Shown in pieces: positions 40,634 through 47,787 of a DNA stretch of 64,000 nucleotides. Below the pieces are notes generated by a model. The model saw nothing but the letters and a program-made list of their open reading frames with translations. It was not told the origin of the DNA and made no database searches. The DNA is from a virus: IMG/VR virus record IMGVR_UViG_3300037258_000358, positions 3,840 to 67,839 of that record; one strand, 5' to 3'. Numbering within the stretch: position 1 is the first letter of the stretch; each line of letters begins with the position of its first letter. The translations under genes were made by a program, and so were the position numbers.

Positions 40634-42358
40634 TTGGCCAAGAGCACCAACTCCACACAGACGCAGTCAAGGGGCATCGCCGGCGCCGCCGGATCGTTCG
40701 GCTACGGCGGTACGGCTGACACGTCCTACGGGGCGACATCCAATATCTTCGGCTCGCTGCTGGGTATCTTCCGGCCGCCCAAGGCCAATCCCTACGCCGA
40801 ATCAGGCCGGATGGGGACGGCCGTCTGGGGCGGCTTCGTCCAGAATATCGAGAAAGACCCCCGGCTCTATGGCCAGAACCGATATCGGACAGCGTCCGAC
40901 ATCCTGGCCAATGTGTCGATCGTCGCCGCAGGGCTGCGTTTCTTCCTGAACCTCGTCGCGGTGCCGGCCTGGACGGTGAAGCCCGTCGAGGACATGCCGC
41001 ATGGGCAGTCGTCGGACGAAGCCAAGCGCCTCGCTGACTTTGCCCAGGATTGCATCGAGGATCTCGACACGGCCTGGACGCGGGTCGTGCGCCGCTCGGG
41101 GATGTTCCGCTTCCACGGGTTCGGGATTCAGGAATGGACTGCGCGCCGGCGCGAGGATGGCCTGATCGGCCTGCGCGACATGGAACAGCGCCCGCAGCAT
41201 ACGATCGAGCGGTGGGAACTGGCCGACGACGGCACGATCCTGGGCGTATGGCAGCGGTGGCCACAGAATGGCCAGCTGCTCTTCATTCCGCGCGAGAAGG
41301 TCGTTTACCTGGTAGACGACATGATGACCGACAGCCCCGAAGGGTTGGGCATGTTCCGTCATCTGGTCGATCCGGCCGAGCGCCTGCGCCGCTATCTGAA
41401 GATGGAGGGCATCGGCTACGAGCGCGACATGCGCGGACTGCCTATGGGCCGCGCACCGCTGGCCGAGATCAATCAGCAGGTCGCCAACGGCACGATCACC
41501 AAGCGGCAGGGCGAAGAAGCGATTTCCGCCATCCGCAAGTTCGTCCAGCTCCAGGCGAAGGAAGTGGACTCCTCCCTGTTGGTCGACTCGGCCGCCTACA
41601 TCGGGCCCACGTCGGACGGCTTTACCGTCTCTCCCGTCCACAAATGGGACGTGGAACTTCTGAAGGCTGGATCGGCCGGCTTCAAGGAGTTGGGCGACGC
41701 CATCGACCGCGTGACCCACGACATGGCGCGGATCCTCGGCGTGGAGACGCTGCTTCTGGGGAGCCATGGCCAGGGATCGGGCTCGAGGGCGCTCTCGGAG
41801 GACAAGTCGCGCAACCTCTATCTCGCCGTCGACTCCACGGTCGATGACATCGCCGAGGGCATGCGGCGCGACGCCTTAGGTGCGATCTGGATGCTGAACG
41901 GCCTTCCCAGGCGCCTGATGCCGAAACTCCATACGGAGGACGTCGCCTTCAAGGACGTGTCGTCGGTGGCCAAGGCCCTGGCCGACATGGCGACGGCTGG
42001 GGCGATCCTCGCGCCCGATGACCCGGCGATCAACGATGTCCGCGATCTTCTGGGAATCTCGCGCCAGCCGCAGGGCGATGGCGCGGCTGCCGTCGCGGCG
42101 GCGATGTTGCCACGGGCGCTCCCCCCGAAGGGCGGCGCCGTGGACCCGACGGGTGGCCAACCGCCTGATGGCGGAACGCCGCCCAAGCCGTCCGGACGCT
42201 CCGGACGTGCGATCAATGATGGCAGGCCGAAGGGCAAGATCCCGACCGAGACGAGCGCATCGCATGCGCCGCAGCCGGGGCCGACGCCGGCTGCACCAGG
42301 GTCGCCGCAGACAAGCGGCAAAACCCGCAACGTCACTTCGAGTTCGACGATCCGATGA
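40634..42358 (+). CDS. Portal protein
   Basis: 574 aa after TerL; GFGIQEW, SPEGLGMFR, GYERD, GSRALSEDK. Confidence 0.85.
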   Translation: MAKSTNSTQTQSRGIAGAAGSFGYGGTADTSYGATSNIFGSLLGIFRPPKANPYAESGRMGTAVWGGFVQNIEKDPRLYGQNRYRTASDILANVSIVAAGLRFFLNLVAVPAWTVKPVEDMPHGQSSDEAKRLADFAQDCIEDLDTAWTRVVRRSGMFRFHGFGIQEWTARRREDGLIGLRDMEQRPQHTIERWELADDGTILGVWQRWPQNGQLLFIPREKVVYLVDDMMTDSPEGLGMFRHLVDPAERLRRYLKMEGIGYERDMRGLPMGRAPLAEINQQVANGTITKRQGEEAISAIRKFVQLQAKEVDSSLLVDSAAYIGPTSDGFTVSPVHKWDVELLKAGSAGFKELGDAIDRVTHDMARILGVETLLLGSHGQGSGSRALSEDKSRNLYLAVDSTVDDIAEGMRRDALGAIWMLNGLPRRLMPKLHTEDVAFKDVSSVAKALADMATAGAILAPDDPAINDVRDLLGISRQPQGDGAAAVAAAMLPRALPPKGGAVDPTGGQPPDGGTPPKPSGRSGRAINDGRPKGKIPTETSASHAPQPGPTPAAPGSPQTSGKTRNVTSSSTIR

Positions 42359-42831
42359 CCTTCATCCTTGGAACCCGTTCGCTTCAGACTCTTCAGGGCG
42401 TCGAGCCTCGGCTGGTTGCCGTGGCCAGACTTGCCATCTCGATCACCGAGCAGGATTTCGCGATCTTCCCGCCTGGCGGAGTCCGCACCCTGGCCGAAGA
42501 GAAACAGCTTGTCGCCGAAGGAAAGTCGCATAGCCTCAAGAGCCATCACCTCATCCAGGCCAACGGCTTTGGCGGCGCATGCGATGCGGTTCCGTGGGTA
42601 GGCGGAGGACCGGTCTGGGAATGGCCGAGGATTTTCCTCATCGCCCGCGCTTTCCAGGCGGCGTTCGCTCAGCTTGGTATCGAGGGCACCTGGGGCGCCG
42701 TTTGGGACAAGCTGATGAGCGAGTATGGCGATCCGGCCGCCGAGGAAGCGGCCTACGTGCGGCGCATGCAGGCTGGCGGCTCGCACGATGTATTCGTCGA
42801 CGGGCCGCACTTCGAATTGGGACGGAACTGA
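42355..42831 (+). CDS. M15-family peptidoglycan peptidase (endolysin-like)
   Basis: SLQTLQGVEPRL, GVRT, SHH...ACD, WGAVW, DGPHFEL. Confidence 0.85.
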   Translation: MTFILGTRSLQTLQGVEPRLVAVARLAISITEQDFAIFPPGGVRTLAEEKQLVAEGKSHSLKSHHLIQANGFGGACDAVPWVGGGPVWEWPRIFLIARAFQAAFAQLGIEGTWGAVWDKLMSEYGDPAAEEAAYVRRMQAGGSHDVFVDGPHFELGRN

Positions 42832-42832
42832 A

Positions 42833-43402
42833 ATGCCCTATGTCGAAATTCCGCAGAGCGGCGGCGTCGAATACGACACGTACATCGACCTGGCGGACGC
42901 CGATATCTATCTGGCGGCCCAGATCACGGCGACGGGCTGGGCGGCCGCGACTCCAGACCAGCGATCGGCGGCGATCGTCTCGATGACGCGGACGATCAAC
43001 CGCCAGACCTGGCAGGGAAAGCCGAGCGATGGCTTCGAGTCGGCGGCCTGGATGGCATTTCCGAGAAGCGGCCTCGTCTATCGGGACGGATCGCCCGTCG
43101 ATCCGACGACGGTTCCTCAGGAGGTGATCGACGCCACATGCGAGGGTGCGTCCTACATGCTGAACGGCGTCCCGATCCAGGACGAGTCGTCGACCTTCAA
43201 TCCGACCAAGATCATCAAGGCCGGGTCGGTGATGCTCGAGAGTTTCCGCCTGATCGAGCCGCTGCCGCGCTTCCAGCCGGCCGTGCAGGAGTTGATCGGC
43301 CAATGGCTGGGGGGTGGCCCGCTGGCGACGGGGGCCGAGTCGTCCGGGACGGAAGGCCGCTCGGTCATGAAAGAGCAGTACAACGTAAACCAGGGCTTCT
43401 GA
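42833..43402 (+). CDS. Head-tail adaptor (phage DnaT-like family)
   Basis: TYIDLADADIYL, WQG, AFPRSG, VPQEVIDATCE. Confidence 0.8.
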   Translation: MPYVEIPQSGGVEYDTYIDLADADIYLAAQITATGWAAATPDQRSAAIVSMTRTINRQTWQGKPSDGFESAAWMAFPRSGLVYRDGSPVDPTTVPQEVIDATCEGASYMLNGVPIQDESSTFNPTKIIKAGSVMLESFRLIEPLPRFQPAVQELIGQWLGGGPLATGAESSGTEGRSVMKEQYNVNQGF

Positions 43403-43403
43403 G

Positions 43404-44378
43404 GTGCCGTTGCTCCGGCCGGCGCTCGCCAGACGGTCTGTTCCGGTCCATGCGCGCCCGAGCCTGCGGCCTCCGCATGAAAAGGGCCTCAGCGCCGTGC
43501 TTTCCGGAATGCATGGCCTGGGCGACAACATCTATCAGCGCGCCTACGTGAAGGCCCTGTCCGAGCAGATCGGCAACGTCTGGCTGTCGACGCCATGGCC
43601 GCAGCTCTATGCCGACCTCGACAAGGTGCACTGCATGCGAACGGGGACAAAGCTCCGCACTCAGGCGAAGAACGAGAGGATTGCCGACTGCTGGAATGTC
43701 GCGCCGTTTCCAAGATCGCCGCCTCGCCGGGTGTTCTATTCGCCGCGGGACATGTTCGACGGGATGTCGATCTTCGAAGCGATGGGCGGCGTGTTCCCGG
43801 GCCTTGAGCCGAAAGAACTGAGTCTCCCCGCCGTCCTGACGACGACGCCGCGGGGTCCGCGCCCTACATCCAGGCCGCTGGCGATCATCCGGCCGCCGAC
43901 GGTGCGCCGCGAATGGCGGAACGATTCGCGCAATTGCGACCCGACCGCCCTGGCGCAGATCTCACGGTTCCTGATGCGCACGCACCACGTCATGTCGGTT
44001 GCGGACCTTCAGGACGGTGAGGAATGGCTCGTGGGGGCGCCTCCCCCGGCACACGCCCACCTGCACCGCGGCGAAATCCGGATGATGGAACTGCTCGATC
44101 TCTGCCGGGATGCAGCCGTCCTGGTCGGACCACCAGGCTGGCTGGCGCCCTTCGGCATCGCCTCGCGGACGCCGACATTCATCGTCCTGGGAGGCCAGGG
44201 TGGGCACAATGGACCGGACAAGCTCCAACCCGAATGGCTCGGTCCCGGGAAGCTGGCCTATGCGATGCCGGACCGTTTCTGTCAGTGCGGCGACAATCGG
44301 CATTCCTGCGACAAGCGAATCAGCAATCCTCTCGCTCAATTCTCCAGATGGGCGAAAGCAGCCGGGGTGATCGGATGA
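43404..44378 (+). CDS. GT9-like glycosyltransferase
   Basis: MHGLGDNIYQR, TPWPQLY, EWRNDSRN, LVGPPGW...TFIVLGG. Confidence 0.65.
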   Translation: MPLLRPALARRSVPVHARPSLRPPHEKGLSAVLSGMHGLGDNIYQRAYVKALSEQIGNVWLSTPWPQLYADLDKVHCMRTGTKLRTQAKNERIADCWNVAPFPRSPPRRVFYSPRDMFDGMSIFEAMGGVFPGLEPKELSLPAVLTTTPRGPRPTSRPLAIIRPPTVRREWRNDSRNCDPTALAQISRFLMRTHHVMSVADLQDGEEWLVGAPPPAHAHLHRGEIRMMELLDLCRDAAVLVGPPGWLAPFGIASRTPTFIVLGGQGGHNGPDKLQPEWLGPGKLAYAMPDRFCQCGDNRHSCDKRISNPLAQFSRWAKAAGVIG

Positions 44379-45067
44379 ACATGATCGTGGATATTTCAGG
44401 GGCCAACCGGTGCCTGGAGGCCATGGCCCACGACAAGTTCCAATGGTTCCCGCAGTTGGGCGTCGGGTACATCGAAGTCCAGCATCCGCAGTATGACCAG
44501 GTCTATTTCGACAACTATCGCCGTCTGGCCAGCACCGACATCGGCAAGCGCCTGAACGCCTTTCGCGTCGAGATCGTCGAGACTTACGCTTCGGTCTCCT
44601 GCCCGGTTCTGGATGTGGGCGTCGGCGCCGGGTCCTTCATTGACGCCTACATGCGAGCCGGAAGGCGCAACGTCGCAGGCTATGACGTCAATCCGGCCGG
44701 CGTCGCGTGGCTCGCCTCGCGCGGGATCTTCCGTGATCTCTATGATGGCGACTGGCCGTGCGCGACATTCTGGGACAGCCTCGAGCACATCCGCGACCCG
44801 GCCTTGGCCCTGGCCCATGTGAGCCGGACGGCGGTCATTTCCCTGCCGATCTTCAAGGGATGCGATCACGCCCTCGGCTCCAAGCACTTCAAGCCGTCGG
44901 AACACTACTGGTACTTCACGCATGAAGGATTCACGCGCTTCGCCGTCGGCCAGGGGTTCGACGTCATTTTCTGGACGAACCGCGAAAGCCTGATCGGCCG
45001 CGAGGATATCGAGACCTTCGTTCTGAAGCGCCGGAGCGCGGCCCACGTGGCCCATCACCCGGTTTGA
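44375..45067 (+). CDS. Class I SAM-dependent methyltransferase
   Basis: VLDVGVGAGSF, GYDVNP, TFWDSLEHIRDP, EHYWYF. Confidence 0.85.
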   Translation: MNMIVDISGANRCLEAMAHDKFQWFPQLGVGYIEVQHPQYDQVYFDNYRRLASTDIGKRLNAFRVEIVETYASVSCPVLDVGVGAGSFIDAYMRAGRRNVAGYDVNPAGVAWLASRGIFRDLYDGDWPCATFWDSLEHIRDPALALAHVSRTAVISLPIFKGCDHALGSKHFKPSEHYWYFTHEGFTRFAVGQGFDVIFWTNRESLIGREDIETFVLKRRSAAHVAHHPV

Positions 45068-45645
45068 TGCTGGCGCTCTGCGTCGGGTCGGCCACCTGCA
45101 AGGACGATGACCTCGCCCAAGCGCGCCGACTCGGGATTTCGCAGGCAAAGGGCTGGACGGTCATTGCCGTCAATCACGCAGCGCTGCATTGGCCCGGCGA
45201 ATTGCCGCATTGGGCCAGCTTCCACGCCAACTTCTTTCCGCGCTGGACGGCGGAGCGCGCAGCCCTCGGCCTTCCCGCTGCGGGCCAACTGTGGACGGGG
45301 ACTAGGCGGCTGATTCCCCAGGCCATGGACATCAGGCAAGTCGGCAATTGGGGAGGATCCAGCGGCCTTCTCGCCGTATCGGTCGCCCACAGCCTCGGCG
45401 CCCATGCCATCGTCTGTTGCGGGATTCCCCTCGATTATCAGCAGGGCCACTTCGACAGTCCGGACAAGCTCTGGCGAGACGCGGCAAATTACCGAAAAGG
45501 ATGGGTCAGTCACAAAGCCGAAATGGGCAATTTCGTTAAGTCAGTGTCAGGTTGGACAGCCGAACTGCTGGGCGCCCCGGAGGAACAGTGGCTTGCGCGG
45601 GCTGTCCAGCGTGAGCAATCTCTTGTGGCGGAGGACGTGATATGA
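45064..45645 (+). CDS. MAF/DUF115-like Rossmann-fold glycosyltransferase-related protein
   Basis: CVGSA, IAVNHA, GSSGLLAVSVAHSLGAHAIVCCGIPL...HF. Confidence 0.55.
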   Translation: MMLALCVGSATCKDDDLAQARRLGISQAKGWTVIAVNHAALHWPGELPHWASFHANFFPRWTAERAALGLPAAGQLWTGTRRLIPQAMDIRQVGNWGGSSGLLAVSVAHSLGAHAIVCCGIPLDYQQGHFDSPDKLWRDAANYRKGWVSHKAEMGNFVKSVSGWTAELLGAPEEQWLARAVQREQSLVAEDVI

Positions 45646-46113
45646 AGGGCAGCGGCGGAAGGCCGAAGCAGGTCGTGCGGGCCGTCGGGGTCGACGCCAT
45701 GATCAAGTCCATAGCGGCCGCGGGCGTGGCGTCGATGCGTGGCGTCGCGCATGATCCGGTCCCGGACTGGAATCCGGATTTGCACACGCGCTATCGGCAT
45801 GGGAGTTCGGGATACCGCGCCCCAAAGTGGTACAAAGGATCCCGCTTCGCCAAGCGAGCGACAGCGCGGGGCGGCAATCCCGCCGCACATGGGAGAGGCG
45901 CATATGGCTGACGAGAAAGAGATCCAGGCACGGGAAGACCGGGTCGCGACGCTGGAGCACGATCTGGAATGTCAGGCTATCGAGGCCGTGACGGAATTCT
46001 TCAAGGGGACGGCGACACTCAAGTTCCACTGCATCGATGGCGCTTCGCTGGCCAACGGCTTCGCGATGCGCGTCGAAAGAGCAAAGCCCGATGGTGCTGT
46101 TCAACCGAAGTGA
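45642..46113 (+). other. Two small hypothetical genes (45642-45911, 45904-46113)
   Basis: Coupled short ORFs with RBS. Confidence 0.45.
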
Positions 46114-47107
46114 GTTCTTCGCGAAGGCGACGACGCTTTCGATCGAAGAGGATCGCCTGAGACGACTTCTCAGCATGATCGAGGGCGACCTGCGGCGCCA
46201 GTTCGATGATTTCGTCGAGCGGTCGACATCGCCTGAGATGATGGCCGAGGTGAGCGAGCGCCTCGAGCACAATGACGTCGACGGCGCCCTGAATCTGATC
46301 GAGCCGCATATCCGGACGCTCGGGACCTCCATCCCCAGGCTCTTCACGGACGCGGCCTTCGCCGAGACGACGGCCCTTGCCGACCAGGTGCGCGCTTCTG
46401 TCGCGGTGAGCTTCGATCCGACCTATCCCGCGGCAGCCTACCTCATGCGGCGTAACCAGCTGCAGTTCGTCCAGGGCCTCACCGAACAGCAAACTGTGGC
46501 GACGCGGGAGGCGCTGTCGAATGCGCTGGAGACGGGAAGGGGCTTTGAAGCGACGGCGCGCGCCTTCCGCCAGTCTATCGGCCTCGCCCCGGATCAGGTG
46601 CAAGCGGTGGCCAATTATGAGCGGCTTCTGCGGGCCAACAGCAGCATGGCCCTGGATCGTGCCCTTCGTGACCGGCGATTCGATCCGGCGCTCGAGAATG
46701 CGATTGAGGAAGGCGAGCCGCTGTCCGAGGAAAAGATCGCCAGGATGGTGGGCCGATATCAGGAACGCATGCTGGCTTTCAGGGCCCGGACTATCGCCAG
46801 GACGGAAAGCATTTCGATCCTGTCGCAGGCGCAGGAAGCCTCGATGGCGCAGAACATCACCAGCGGCGCGGTCATGGCCGAGGAAGTCGAGCAGGTCTGG
46901 AATGCCACGATCGACAACCGGACGCGCGAGACTCATCTCGGCATGAATGGCCAGGTCCGGCCATGGGGCGAGCCGTTCCAATCCCCATCGGGCGCGTTTC
47001 TGCGCTACCCGGGCGACCCGAATGCGCCGGCATCGGAGGTCGCAAACTGCCGCTGTCGCAGGTCTTTCAAGACCAAGCTGTCGTCTGAAAGAATGCTCGC
47101 GGCCTGA
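46091..47107 (+). CDS. Head morphogenesis protein (Mu gpF/SPP1 gp7 family)
   Basis: RARTIARTE, W.ATIDNRTRETH, YPGDP, NCRC. Confidence 0.9.
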   Translation: MVLFNRSEFFAKATTLSIEEDRLRRLLSMIEGDLRRQFDDFVERSTSPEMMAEVSERLEHNDVDGALNLIEPHIRTLGTSIPRLFTDAAFAETTALADQVRASVAVSFDPTYPAAAYLMRRNQLQFVQGLTEQQTVATREALSNALETGRGFEATARAFRQSIGLAPDQVQAVANYERLLRANSSMALDRALRDRRFDPALENAIEEGEPLSEEKIARMVGRYQERMLAFRARTIARTESISILSQAQEASMAQNITSGAVMAEEVEQVWNATIDNRTRETHLGMNGQVRPWGEPFQSPSGAFLRYPGDPNAPASEVANCRCRRSFKTKLSSERMLAA

Positions 47108-47175
47108 CATTCCGGTAGTGAATTCAGTGATATCGCCTTCATCGTGATATCAAGAACTCCCCAAAAACACCACAT

Positions 47176-47206
47176 CTTGCGCCCGCTGAACTTGCACAAC
47201 AGCATC
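47176..47206 (+). promoter_or_regulatory. Putative late promoter, copy 1
   Basis: TTGCGC-17-CAGCAT containing CTTGCACAACAGCATC; near-identical copy at 53238. Confidence 0.55.
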
Positions 47207-47229
47207 TAGGCATCGGGTGCGGGACAGCG

Positions 47230-47787
47230 ATGGCTCTGGGTTTCTTGAAGGAAGCGGGACCGGCAGTGGGCGACGTTCACGTCAACACGGCCGACTTCCT
47301 CGCGCCCGACAAGGGCAAGCGCACACCAGAGGACATCGAGAACGAGCGCAAGGCGAATCTGCGCACGGGACCCGAAGGCGCCGTTTCGAAGGAAGGCTTC
47401 ATCGCCAAGGTCGACACCTCGCATGGCCTGGTGTTTGGGTTCGGGATCGTCTGCCGCAAGGGCGGCCAGCCGTACTTCGACCTGCAGAAGGACCATATCC
47501 CCGAGGATTCCATGATCGAGGCCGCGGCCGATTTCATGAAGAACAGCCGCCAGGCGCATGAGATGCACGCCGGGTCGAAGCAGGGCGATGTCGTATTCGC
47601 GATGCCGATCACCGACGACATCCGCAAGTTCATCGCCGACAGCGACGAGACCGGCCTCCTGATCGGAATGGCCCCGTCCGCCGAAGTCTTGGCCAAGTTC
47701 AAGAGCGGCGAGTACGCCGGCTTTTCGATCGGCGGCGAGCGCATCGACGATGAGGACGGCTCTGCAGGAGTCCGACGTGCGGCATGA
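47230..47787 (+). CDS. XkdF-like prohead serine protease
   Basis: LVFGF, DLQKD, AAADFM, EMH, FKSGEYAGFSIGG. Confidence 0.8.
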   Translation: MALGFLKEAGPAVGDVHVNTADFLAPDKGKRTPEDIENERKANLRTGPEGAVSKEGFIAKVDTSHGLVFGFGIVCRKGGQPYFDLQKDHIPEDSMIEAAADFMKNSRQAHEMHAGSKQGDVVFAMPITDDIRKFIADSDETGLLIGMAPSAEVLAKFKSGEYAGFSIGGERIDDEDGSAGVRRAA

